A DNA stretch of 61,875 bases, filler included, from Choristocarpus tenellus KU-1152 (taxonomy: Eukaryota; Protista; Phaeophyceae), in assembly GCA_964200185.2 (NCBI GenBank). It is 11 parts of 11 records of this genome, joined end to end, with 100 filler letters (N's around TTAATTAATTAA, not from the genome) between each part and the next. Parts side by side here need not be neighbours in the genome. Positions count along the whole stretch, not along the records: positions 1 to 4,922 come from CAXNAD020012524.1; positions 5,023 to 11,635 come from CAXNAD020007750.1; 9 more parts are not named here. The stretch is one strand, 5' to 3'. Shown here piece by piece: positions 1-11,735 of this stretch. The translations under genes and the position numbers were made by a program. Under the pieces are notes generated by a model, which saw only the letters and a list, made by a program, of their open reading frames with translations, searched no databases and was not told the DNA's origin. Each line of letters begins with the position of its first letter. Position 1 is the stretch's first letter.

Positions 1-20
1 CCCCCCAGATACTTTGACCC
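1..20. mobile_element. MITE terminus (CCCCCCAGATACTTTGACCC) at contig edge
   Basis: Same terminus or a close variant at 35275-35295, 37880-37902, 39460-39483, 57197-57219 and 61837-61858; shares the AAAGTATCT core with the complete MITEs at 47279 and 47682. Confidence 0.75.
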
Positions 21-121
21 TGTTGGGACTATTGGGCCGCCAGTCACTTCCCCTCCTGTGTAAGATCAATGTGTATGGCCTTTCACTGATGTCACTTTTA
101 AACCTCTTGTTCATGACACAG

Positions 122-3100
122 GGGGCATTCATGAGAGCCAAGTTCCTACTGCGCTTCCTGGGGGAGCTGGTGACTTGTGGGCTTGTGCAGGCCCAGGAAT
201 ATGGAGATATGTTGGCCACCCTATGTTCTGGCTATGTCAATTGCAACGATGGTACTGTAAAACAGCCCTGCAAGGATATGCTAGTACACATGCTTTTATC
301 CTGTATACTTTGTACAGGTTCAACACTTGTGAAAGTGAGTATATACTATACTGGTTTGATAGTGATAGTGTGATTGGCAGACTTGGGGGCTGCTTTGAAT
401 ATGCCATACCATTGATTTTGTGCATGGTTTCCCTTAAACACATTTTAGAGCTTTTTTATTGAAGTGATATTGCTGCAATTCTGTCCTAACTTCCAATCTA
501 TGTTCGGTCCCTCACTGTCTTCAATGATATGTTTGCTCGCAGGGGTGGACAGGTGGATTCAGTGACCTGCTGGATGGTATTCGGAGCTTCATGGGGCAGC
601 GCCCAGCTTCATTCAACTGCTCAGGGATGAGGGCGATATTCCACTCCCCAGATGAGGACAGTCTAGAGGATGATGACAAGGCAAGTGTGTCATTAATATT
701 CTATGTAGTTGTAATCATGTGCACACGCACACACACACACGCTGATATTTTTGTGATATTCCTATACCAGTATCTTTGTGATTCAATTTTTCATGTTATC
801 TTTGGAGATTTTTTCAACTTCAGTCATGAGCATGGATTCTTCTTTCATTATAATTGTCTGAACCAGGGTGATGCAGATGAAGATAGGGATGCAGGCCATG
901 CTGGGTCTGGGCGTGGGGAACAGGAAATCGAGCCTGTTGTGGATAGCCTTTCCCTGCTGTGGGATGTTGTGAGCTCCTTGCATGATAGTAATTGGCCTGA
1001 TGAGGAATTGCCCAAGGCCGTACCCAAATTATGCAAGAAAGACTTGATTCATCAGAAGTTGATAAACATTGAGAGCATATCATTGCCTGAAGAAGTGGTA
1101 ACACCAGAGACCATCCCAGAAGAAGTGAGGGGGATGGGACCATTTGAAATGGCCAACTGCACACACCTTGGGGACCAGAACCTCATTGTTAGGTGTGTAA
1201 AAGATATTTCGTGTGTGTGAAGCAACTACTGGTCATGTTGGTGAAAAAAAATCATATTGATTCATGGCATATTAGGGCTACTTGTCGCCTTGATACCCTC
1301 TCTTGAATGTGCTTGTTTCTCTCTTACACAAGTAGTCCTGCTCTGCGCGTGGATTGGAACTACTGCTTAAGCATCATGGGAGAATGGACTTTGTATGATA
1401 CAGAGGGGGGGAAGGGCCCAGCATCGTGCTGTCCCGACTTGCTGCCCAAGAAGGAGGTTTGATTGCGGTGGAGTGCATGAAATGTTCAGTCCTCTCTTGA
1501 TAGACAGTGTCTCTTACATGTTTGATAACCTTGATATTCTCCTGGACCTCATTGGGGATTACATGTGTACTTGGTGTTACAAACATAGCGTTACATCTGT
1601 AGTAATGTAACCCCCCCCCCTACCGTATGACTCTGCACAACTCCTCCTTTTCAGCAGACCTTCAATTGAAATGAGTGCCTGGCCATCTCCCCTGTCACAC
1701 TAATACCCATGAACTTCTTGATTTCTATTGTTGATGATTTACCAGATGGTGGTACTCCGGGAGTTTTGCAAGGATACAATTGTGTTTTTTCAACCAACAT
1801 GTCAGCAGGATGGAACAAAGGTTGGTCCTACAATGGTTGAGTTTGTGTTCAATTTGGACTGCATGGTATAAGAGATAAAATAAGGAGGTTGCATCTGTGT
1901 AGTTGATTATGTTGTATCAGCACAGGTCTTGTCCTATTCAAGGTTTCCTGGTTCAGATTTTTGAAAATATTTTTGCATTTGCATCCCTACAACATGTTCA
2001 TCCAACATGTTCACTCAACATGTTCATCCAACATGTCCAGTTGAAGCATTATAGTCCACCTTACCACCTTACCACCTTATTAATAGTTCAAAAAATAACA
2101 GAATGAGCACCTCTTGGTGTTGTTCATTGCATCTAGGTAAAGGTAGCTATTGACTTGGGGGGATCAGTTCAAAAATTTGCATTTCTGTTCTGTCAAGATG
2201 TGTTCAATGATTTAAATATGCTATATCCTTTGTTGTGTTATCCTGTTGATTGAAAGTGTATTATCCTATTGATTGAGAGTGTATTATCCTTATTTCCTAC
2301 ATATTTTTGAATTAAAAAAACATCCATATGATGCATACATTGAAAAAAGGACTCTTGCTTTCAGAAAATGTATGGTATGCCTTGTGTTGATCTGAACTGC
2401 TCTGTGAGTTGATTAAGAGGGTGTTGAATGATACTTCAATAGGTGGGTAAATGGGCACTGCTTGTGGAGCAGCTCATGGGCATTGGTGACCTAGCTCCAG
2501 AGGGATGTCAGGTAGCATACTTGGTGATGGAGACACTGTTTGTTGTCCTCTTGCAGGTGAGCAATACTATGTATTGATATAGTACAAGTTTTCATTGTAT
2601 GTATGTACAATGAGAATTAACCAAAGACTAGAACCTTCAATCTTGTCTATCATGTACATCATTGTATGTATGTACAATGAGAATTAATCAAAGACAAGAA
2701 CCTTCAATCTTGTCTATCATGTATATCATTGTATGTATGTATATCATTGTATGTATGTACATCATTGTATGTATGTACAATGGTGATTTGATTCCCACAT
2801 AATACATCTCATAATGCTTTCACAATAAATGTACCTCAGGTATCAACACCAAGGCACCTCAGAATGGTTTGTCAACGAGCTATTCTTGAACTTTGCCGTG
2901 CTGTACCGAAAGAGGTTAGAAACTGGATTGCTGCTTGCTGCCATGCCATGCAGCATCGATCTTGGTGTATTTTATCACTGGAAACATTAGTGCATCTGCG
3001 CAAATGTTGGATATGTAATGTGTAATGCGCAATGCTTATTTTCTTGTGTTTATGTAGGGTGACAACTATTATACAATATTAGTATACTGCTATTAATACA

Positions 3101-4158
3101 ATTGTACCTGATTGAATTATATTCACCAGCTGCTGTATACATTTTACTTGATTGAATTATATTGATATGTTGCTGTATATATTTTATCTGATTGAATTAT
3201 ATTGACTTGTTGCTGTATACCTTGTACTTGATTGAATTATATTGATATGTTGCTGTATATATTTTATCTGATTGAATTATATTGATATGTTGATGCATAC
3301 ATTGTACTTGATTGAATTATATTGATATGTTGATGTATACATTGTACTTGATTGAATTATATTGATATGTTGATGCATACATTGTACTTGATTGAATTAT
3401 ATTGACTTGTTGATGTATACATCACAGGTGAGCAAAGAGAAATATTGATCAGACCAGATATGAGTAACTGAGTTGATGAACCTGATGTTGAAACTGACAC
3501 TGAAACTGTCATTGACATTGTTAAATTTAGAGGAAGAGTGAAGAGGATACATTAGGAAATTACATATCAAGGAACAGGGTGAAGGAGATGTGGAAGTAGT
3601 GTTAAGTTAAAGAAATGAGATATGTTGGCAGGGTTGCAAGCTTTGAGTCTGGAGGTATGCTCGGTCAAGTTAATTTTTTTATTTTTTAGCTAAGTGTTGA
3701 GACTGATCATGTTAACCTGTTGCCTAGTTCAAACTGCATTTATATGTCCACTCCCTGTTGGCCTTGCTGCTTTCCAGGCACCCGCTGCTCTTTCCTACTG
3801 CACAGGGCAGCTCTTCCAGGACCTTGAACGGATGGACACTGTGGTGGCATCCCGCTTTGGACAATGGTGCAAGTTTTGCTTAGTATTTCTACAAAATGTC
3901 ATTGTTAAGAAAAAAACCCTCACCTTATTTGTCTGTATGCACCACATGCCATTAATATGCTGTTAATAGCATCTTTGCTCATCACTCATAATCCTTGCAC
4001 CTCTATCCCAGGTTTGCAGACCACTTGAAAAATACAGAGTACAAGTGGCCCTTCTGGAAGCACTGGCTGAATGTAGTTGAGTTAGGATCAGATCATCCAC
4101 AGAGGTCTTTTGTCTCCAATGTTTTAGCAGCCATTGTCAAGCTCAGCTACATGGACAG
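122..4158 (+). CDS. NCBP1: Nuclear cap-binding protein subunit 1 (CBP80), partial, spliced
   Basis: Exons 122-334, 543-680, 867-1192, 2443-2556, 2840-2914, 3778-3866, 4012-4158; at least one exon between 1193 and 2442 unresolved. Peptides AKFLLRFLGELVTCGLV, DSLSLLWDVVSSL, YLVMETLF, AILELCR, LFQDLERMDTVVASRFGQWFADHLKNTEYKWPFW and HPQRSFVSNVLAAIVKLSYMDR follow the order of CBP80 motifs (RFLSDLVN, LDCLWAQI, LIELCK, RFINWFSHHLSNFQFRW, RLSYHQR). Confidence 0.9.
1400..1562 (+). pseudogene. Possible PIF/Harbinger transposase N-terminal remnant in NCBP1 intron
   Basis: Frameshifted EGPSIVLSRLAA / RRRFDCGGVHEMFSPL..SVSYMFDNLDILLD resembles the 'EgL.ilL.RLa.p.R..d...mFg' HTH segment of Harbinger transposases; short and degenerate. 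Confidence 0.3.
2595..2782. repeat. Intronic ~65-bp duplication plus short (catcattgtatgtatgta) tandem units
   Basis: attgtatgtatgtacaatgagaattaa...aaccttcaatcttgtctatcatgta occurs twice, followed by repeated short units. Confidence 0.9.
3100..3422. repeat. 40-bp minisatellite, ~8 copies, intronic
   Basis: attgaattat recurs at 3111, 3151, 3191, 3231, 3271, 3311, 3351 and 3391. Confidence 0.97.
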
Positions 4159-4701
4159 GTGAACCTCATTGAATAAGATTCATGCCATAACCCAATTTAG
4201 TTGGGCAGGATTAACTACGTAGTCGTAGATAGGGCCCCTTATGTCATGTACTGAGGTAATAAGTTTATTTGTTGTCTCCCTGTCCTATAGGTGTAGCAAT
4301 ACTCAACCCGAACTCTAACTCTAACTAATTTTTCATGCTAGCAGTGCTAGCACTAAACGTTGTAGGCCACAATTTCTCAAATTGTCTTGATTAGGTGGGA
4401 ATGGTACACTCACATCTGTGTTGGAGTGCGTTGAAACAATTTATTGTTGCTCTGATCTCTTTGGATTAAAATCTCTATCGGCCCCCCTGTCCCCCTTATA
4501 TTATACCCAAGCTGGGGGTAAGAATAACCACTTATCAAATGCACTTAAAAGTATCATGTGACCTAGATGGTACTGCTTTGGTTGAGGACCATCATAAACA
4601 ATATATTTTAACACTTGGGATGCCCAGCTTTGGGTTCAGTGAAATTGAGTAGTGACAGGATGCCAAGAACTGTGGCTTGTTGCTTTCCACACCCCTAATA
4701 T

Positions 4702-4872
4702 GGCTCAACGTATCTTGGGGGGGATGGCGGCTGTCCATTGGGGGTCCATTTTTCCATGTAGTGATTTTTGGGGTATTTGATTGCATGCATTGGATGGATA
4801 AAGTTCACTGCTTCTGGGCAGAGCCTGAATTGGCACCCTAGTGTAGACCCCCCCCCCCCCCCCCCCCCCCCC
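4702..4872 (+). mobile_element. MITE family C copy (GGCTCAA.GTATCT...GTGTAGAC-polyC), truncated near contig end
   Basis: Aligns along its length with the reverse complement of 26024-26195; the opposite terminus is seen at 20081-20114. Confidence 0.8.
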
Positions 4873-4922
4873 ACTCATTTACCGAACGTGTTTGTTGTCG
4901 GGGGACGGTGTGTTGGAAAAAC

Positions 4923-5022
4923 NNNNNNNNNNNNNNNNNNNNNNNNNNNNNNNNNNNNNNNNNNNNTTAATTAATTAANNNNNNNNNNNNNNNNNNNNNN
5001 NNNNNNNNNNNNNNNNNNNNNN
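4923..5022. other. Artificial contig linker (N44-TTAATTAATTAA-N44); first of 10
   Basis: Same 100-bp spacer with stops in all six frames at 4923, 11636, 20115, 25924, 29292, 35175, 39354, 44976, 48291 and 57220. Confidence 0.99.
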
Positions 5023-5252
5023 CCCACACACAACACCCCCCCCCCCCCCCCCCCCGCCCCCAAAAATATATATATATATATACAATTTCCCCCCCCCCCC
5101 CCCCCCCAACCCCACCCCACCCCACCCCACCCCACCCCACCCCACCCAAAGTCACACACAGACACAAGCAAGACGAGTCGGTAACACTGCCAAAGGACCA
5201 CACGCACATATATTTGCATCGTCTGTAAAGGGCAGGCACGGAAGAGACTTAC

Positions 5253-6793
5253 CTTGACGACCAGTAGACTGACACTGAACACGATATCATCATCCAACTT
5301 GTCATTCTTCCCTGTAAGGGTGCGGCGGTGGCGGGTAGCCCTGATGGCCTTGCCTACACGCAGGTACCTGTGAATGATGTATGAGCAATAGGGCCCATGG
5401 CACGTTGCATTTGTGTGTGTGTGTGTGTGTGTGTGGAAGGGGGTTGTACTTTGCGAATTTCCAATGTGTTGTGTCCTGTTGGCTTGCGTGTCTTCCCACT
5501 GTTGCTGGAGAGCTCTACATACCATCTCAACAACATGCACTTGTTTTGAAGTTTGTCAAATGAGACACCACACTATATGTACTTTTAGAAACTCAATAGT
5601 AGGCGTGACCTAGAGGATAGAGAGTACTTTCTTCACGTAAGCAAAGGCATGAAAAATCACAGGGATGGAGGCATACACGGATGTTGTGTGAGGAGTGGGG
5701 GAACAGGGAAGGGGTCAAGGAATTTTGGAACTTTCACCTGATGAATGATAGCGAGTATATCCACCTCCTAAATGCCCCAAATACAGGGAAGATAGACAGC
5801 AGATCAACAAACCCTTCCCAGCTTATTATGTACGCCATGGCCACCTTCGTTTGGTTGCATGGTTGGGTAGTCACAAGTTGGAGAGAGAGGAGAGAAGGTC
5901 GATTTCATTCATTTCACCATTGTGTTGCCAAAGAAGCACTTTGAAACATCATTCTTCAGCCTTGTAGGGGAGAGGGGTGAGTAGGTCATGTTGAACAAGT
6001 TCAGCGAGCAAGCTTTGTGTACCTGTATCCATAGTTTAGCAACCGTGCGCTGGAGTCTCCAAATCAACAACGATACCCCACATTCTAGTAAGTTATGGTG
6101 TAAGGTGGTCGAGTCCACTAAAATCGTCACATACACAACTCTTGTAACTTCACAAGTGCGCCTGCGACAACTGCACCAAATCCGTTCCCTCGTAGTTCAG
6201 TTAAAGTTGGATGGGGGATACCAACTCAGTGATACCACCATTTTGTTCACACTTCCGAAAGGTTGCTGGAATGACGTGTACACAGAAGTGCTACGTGTAC
6301 GGATTCACCCAATTCTGCACACAACCACAGACTAAGGTGAAAGAATAGGAAAACTACAAGTCTCAACTATTCTTAAATCGGCAAATGTTCCCAACGGTAC
6401 AGAACTTCGCACTTCAACTCCCACTACAAGGAACAAGGTATCAGACATTCAGGATCAACATGGCCATGTATCCAAACTCTATGAATAGAGTTGTATTTCA
6501 CAAGAAGCTAATGTTTCATAGATTTGTGGAGGGGTACATGGATTCCTTCACAATAAGACCCCAAAAAATTCTCCGGGGCTATCTAAGAAGGCAGATCATG
6601 AGAGTGCTACTGCTATTGGGGGGTGCGGTTATTCTCACAGGGGCGGCAACAACAGAGAGCACGTAGTCCAAGAAAAATGCAACAGCAAGGACGATCTCAA
6701 TCGCCTGAACCCAAGGCTCGCTGTCGAAGTAGGTTCCGACGATATAAAACAGGCAGGCGAACCCTGTAATGCTGGCAGAAAGAAGTAGCCCCC
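5253..6793 (-). CDS. Voltage-gated/BK-type potassium channel, S1-S4 region, partial, spliced
   Basis: Phase-consistent exons 6793-6639, 5844-5765, 5367-5253 give ..FACLFYIVGTYFDSEPWVQAIEIVLAVAFFLDYVLSVVAAP-VAMAYIISWEGFVDLLSIFPVFGAFRR-YLRVGKAIRATRH.. (S2 E/D residues, S3 'VD....P', basic S4). Probable upstream exon near 7370-7420; the pore region is beyond the contig end. Confidence 0.75.
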
Positions 6794-8234
6794 CTACGAA
6801 CAAAGCAAGAGAGATCGTGCGAATTGGTTGGGGATGGCAGGGGAATGTTCCGGTTAACATAGGAGGAACCTCTAGTGATCATACCCTTTGATGTTTGACT
6901 CATTCGAACATTATTCAATCTACAAAGTTGATATTCATTACTACGCCTTCTCACACTATTCCAATATGGGGTGCCAATCAGGTTGAGTGAGTACACTAGG
7001 AGAGAATTATCGTTTGACGGCCAGGTCATGTACAGAAATTAGGCCAGCATGTATCGTGAACAGTCAAATGAAATGAGGAACATGACAGCAACTCGTCGAC
7101 TGTGTTTTCCTTCTCTATAATTGTCACATTGAAAAGAACACCATCAAACCCCTCCTCACATCCGTTTCTGAAGTACCAGCCCACAACACGGTCTACGATT
7201 GATTTTGTGCCAGTCAAAGTTGCTGTGACAGTCCCATCGGATCGTTGGTTGTGTTGTCTCCAAAGCTGTCTCTCAAGACGTTCGCTAACATTCTGGCCAA
7301 CGAAGATATACCAAAGCGAAAACAGGGTGGGAAGATGTGAGTAGTGAAGGAGAATGAAACGTTTCCTACCACGAATGTTCCATACCACTTCATCTCGCGC
7401 CAAAAGAGGTGTCAGGAATTGTATAAGGCAGAGTAACTCTATTCTATTAGTTCAGGCAATCTATGATGTGGCCTAGGATCACAGGCAACAAACAACATGA
7501 CTAGCCACCAAATGTTGAGGAACCAACAAACAAGCATAGGAGTACCCCAATACAGCCAAATCTCAACTAACAAAGACTGAGCAATGACGCAAAATACATC
7601 ATCCAAAATGAGAACCATGGAATATATACCTTGCGAGGTGGGGTCCTAGGACCTGTCATCATCGTGGGATACGGTCTAGTGCGAAATGCGCTGGTAGAGC
7701 GTTGAGAATAGCTTCTTGTTGACGTCCAAGATCTCTAGACCATTCAGAAGTTTGTTTAGAGTTTAGAGGTAGGTAACCATCTCGTGGCTATCTCGGTCAT
7801 TCTCCCATCCTACCATACACCTGTATAAATGGGGTCCATATCCATTCCTCACAGAACTTTGAGAATAATCCGCTCGAAAAGCTCACAAAGAAAACAGAAT
7901 AATACAAATGTTTTTTCATTGGTTTCTATTGATGATTGACATTTACGATATAAAATGGTAAGTGGTTTCCACGCAATGTCTTATAGTATTCTTATGTTTA
8001 GGACATTTTATATACACATATGTATANNNNNNNNNNATATGTATATAGTTTTCATTGGTTTCCCCCTGACACATCTGCAAAATGTCAGAGGGAATAATAA
8101 TAAAAAATAAAATGGTAAAGACCAAAGTAATAAAATACAGAATACAAATAAGATACGTTTGATTCGTCATACGGTATATAATTACGGAAATTACCATTGA
8201 CAGTATATACAATTTTTCTCCTGTTCAAACTAAA

Positions 8235-9035
8235 CACCTGCACTCAACATCAAAGCAACCTCAACAGCTCGCGGTTGAAAGTTTTGGGCGCGTTGACGAG
8301 CAAACGGAATGCTTCCTGAATGAGCTGGCTACTTACATGGTAGGGGGGAGAGAGGAATGGGAGGATATAGCAGGAAAGGAGTACTTAAATCCTGGCTACG
8401 TCAAATTATCTCGGTAACTACGCAAGTGGCACTGTCTAGTCTAGACATGTCATGCGTTTCAAGCTCAAATCACCAGGGAGATGGGCACGAAAGGGTTTAT
8501 AGGATTCTTGGGATGCTTCCCTAGCTCCTCCCCCCAGGGTTCAAGTATAGGTGGATTGGAGACACAGGAAGGCAGAGGTACAACATAGATAGTGGTGAAG
8601 TAACAAGTAGATTAGTGTCTTTCACATTTATGACATTTTATTTCCTTAGGGTTTAGACTGGCATGTATACAGTTTTCATTGTTTTCCCCCCTGGAATATC
8701 TGGAAAATATACAGGGCATTATAATATCTGTGGTTTCTTGATTTCTAAGTTGGCTCTATGAAGACGTGTTTTATGGTGGAGACATCAAGGAGATGGAAAC
8801 AAGCGCCTGTCAGATTCTTAGGATGTTTCTTAGGTTCTCAGTTTGTGGTGTAGACAGCATAGTAGGTTGGAGATATAGGAGGGAAGTGGAGTAGGATAGG
8901 TAGCAGTAGTCAAACAGTAAATTGATTATAGAAGCATCCTTCACGTTCATGACAAATATTACTTTTTTTAAGGGTTCTTATGATATTGATGGGGCTTTTC
9001 CCCTGACACATCTGGAAAATGTTACAAGACGTAAG
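8235..9035 (+). mobile_element. Two tandem 5'-truncated 3' ends of a CRE-like (RLE) non-LTR retrotransposon
   Basis: 8271 onward reads AVESFGRVDEQTECFLNELA..RKGVLKSWLRQIISVTTQVALS, the RLE C-terminal 'vEsfGr' motif, followed by a 3'UTR (gattcttgggatgcttccctagct...ttcacatttatgac...tttcccc..ggaaaat..ggcat(aat)n). A second copy follows at ~8730-9035 and a tail-only copy lies at ~8042-8110. Confidence 0.75.
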
Positions 9036-9488
9036 TGTGGAGGAAGCCAGGAATTTCGGGAATATGGTTAGATAACGAGATAACCACATAAATTTACTAA
9101 CGTTGGCATCAAGGTTGTGAAAATGGTTCCACTTCAAACGAAAATATATCAAACACACTTTATGCTGATTTTCACATATTATTATTCTCTCATCATGTCA
9201 CAACAGTAATAAAATATTTATTATTATATTATGCCTTATAACGTTTTGTCTATGCGTCAAAAAAAAAGTTAACCAATATTTATCAATAGTAGTAGAGTAA
9301 GAGAGATTATCTCATCATCATAATATCCCAAAAGAGAATAATATTGTTTCAAGGAAAATATCTTTGACAAAATGTAGACCACTTACTACCGACCGCATAT
9401 GAGCAACTACCGACCGCCAGACTACAACCTCAAAATTTGTTGTAATGGATGTAATATACTCCATCAAACACTACTTGTTTGATTGAGG

Positions 9489-11250
9489 ATGAAGGTACCG
9501 CTGAGCCTCTCCTCGGCTGTATCTCGTGGAGTATTGTGCATCTCCTCAGGAAGAATTGTTTCTCGATCTACGTGTTCCCGCTACCTCGGCACCGTCGAGT
9601 GCTCCAAATTTCGAAGTCATTGTACCATGGAAATCGACGTTGCCCATGTAAGGTCTGACATGTTAGACCTCACTACTGTGCAATTCAACAACGCTGGAGA
9701 CTCACCAATGCCCAGGCCAGTGCTTGAGCGGGTCAATGCGCACCTTGATTTGGAAGCGCGAGTCGGAGGCTACGAAGCAGCAGCGAGGGTTGAGAATGAG
9801 CTCCAGGAGGTGTATGTCTCTGCTGCAGACATCATCAACGCAGATTCTCAAGACATTGCCCTGCAGGTGAGAATTTGTAGAAAGATGCTCGCTGGCCCAT
9901 GCGTCAGGGTGTATAGTTTCTTGTGTGTGCCTTTTTGATGGGTAAGTGAGGACAACTGGCTCTCTGCAAGACAAAGTCGTGTCCAGTTTGGCCAGCTGTT
10001 CAACACTGGCACCGAGATTCCCCAGGGATTTACCCGCTCTTCACTGCATACGTTTACCAGCTATACGCCACCCAATTCCCTCGATATACACAGGAGAGTG
10101 CGAGTATGGCCTGGGCCAAGGCTTTTTACGCCGTCGCGAAGGGGTTGCGGCCTGGAGATCGCATCCTTACTGGTATGGCGGAGTATGCAGCTAATTACGT
10201 GGCAATGCTCCAGGTACACCGTTGTGGGTGCAGCTTTCCTTCTTACGCAAGTTACTCTCTCTAGTGCCTACATCCCCTCGTTGCTAAACAGTTTGAATGG
10301 CAATGTTCACTATGAATCCATCCATCTGCGCCGCCCTTCTTAACTTGTACTCGACGATCTAATGCACAGTTAATTCAAACATACTCGATTGCTCCCCTCG
10401 CTTGCAGCTCAGCCCTATGATGATTAGAAGTATACTACTGTTGTACTAAGCCTCGTGCTACGAACGACAAAGATCTTTTTCAACATACCTTGGGGGGTTG
10501 TGATTATGAATGAAAAGTTGTCACTGGTTTGTAGTCCCAGCACAAAATTACACAAGTACCGCCACTGTCCCACGGCTATCAGTTTAAAACCCCATCCAAC
10601 CCTCCACCTCCTTCCTTGCTCTTGCCATTGTCAATATTTCTGCAGGTTTGTCGGTCCACTGGTGCACGAGTGGAGACAATACCCTCTGACGCCCAGGGGG
10701 AGCTTGACTTGTTAGCGATGGAAGCTATGCTTGGGAAAGGTGGAGTGAAGCTGGTTGCAATAACCCACGTTCCATCTAATGGAGGGGTTGTCAACCCAGC
10801 AAGCGAAGGTGTGCAGCACATGCCCCCTGCAGGACTCCCCTTTTGGATAAAACCAAAGGTATCTGCTAAATCTTGAGTACAACATCGAGCAATTATTATG
10901 TCCTTTCATTGTGGGGATGGATGTTGGCTTGCCCTTTCCTGCCAACTTTGTGAACAGTTCTTTTCAGGAACAAGACAGTAAGCGTCGCATAAGGACATGC
11001 TCATCTCATTTTAGCGTGACACAGCCATAGGTGACTCGCGTGCCTTAACGCAATCTTGTGCTTTCTTCTCTGCTGCCAGTCGGAGATCTGTGCCGAAAAC
11101 ACGGAGATATCCTCTACCTCCTCGACTCTTGCCAATCCATAGGACAGATGGATGTGGACGTGAAACGCATCGGCTGTCACATGCTCTGCGCAACGGGCAG
11201 AAAGTACATCCGTGGGCCGAGAGGGACCGGCTTTCTGTACGTTTCCAAAG
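9489..11250 (+). CDS. Class V PLP-dependent aminotransferase / C-S lyase (bacterial-type, EgtE/cysteine desulfurase-like), partial, spliced
   Basis: Exons 9489-9866, 10094-10213, 10646-10808, 11080-11250 join in phase. Motifs [48 protein letters not shown] and [18 protein letters not shown] (PLP lysine). Ser/Arg-rich N-terminal extension of ~46 aa. Confidence 0.93.
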
Positions 11251-11735
11251 GTGAACAGCACCGAGTTTATAATCTCTGCACACAAGTGAACACTTGATCG
11301 TCAAAAGCTTACTCTTGGCGCGAAAAATGTTCCTCGCTGCAGAAAAGCTGTGGCAGTTTCATGGCCTGTGTAACTGTATATTCGAGGTCACGCGTCCGTG
11401 GCCTCGGACCTAACGGTGGGATGGTCATTTCGTCTTGAGGAACATTCCTTGAAAGGACGTGTCTGTAGGCAGACGGCCATACAGGGGGAAAACGTCCTTG
11501 AAGGGGAGTGCCAAACTTCTCCCTAAAAAAAAGGGGGTGGGGGGGGGGGGGGGGGGGGCCCCGCAGAGGTAAAAAAAAAATTTTTTTTTGTTTTGAAAAG
11601 ATAAAAGATTGAAAAAAAAAAAAAAACAAGAAAACNNNNNNNNNNNNNNNNNNNNNNNNNNNNNNNNNNNNNNNNNNNNTTAATTAATTAANNNNNNNNN
11701 NNNNNNNNNNNNNNNNNNNNNNNNNNNNNNNNNNN

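Noticed and set aside
3100-3422. Regular 40-bp periodicity as a CRISPR-like array
   Set aside because: Units are contiguous near-identical copies with no unique spacers, lie in an intron, and no cas genes are present.
4923-5022. Recurring TTAATTAATTAA motif between N runs
   Set aside because: Artificial six-frame-stop contig linker; not biological, and ORFs running into it are artefacts.
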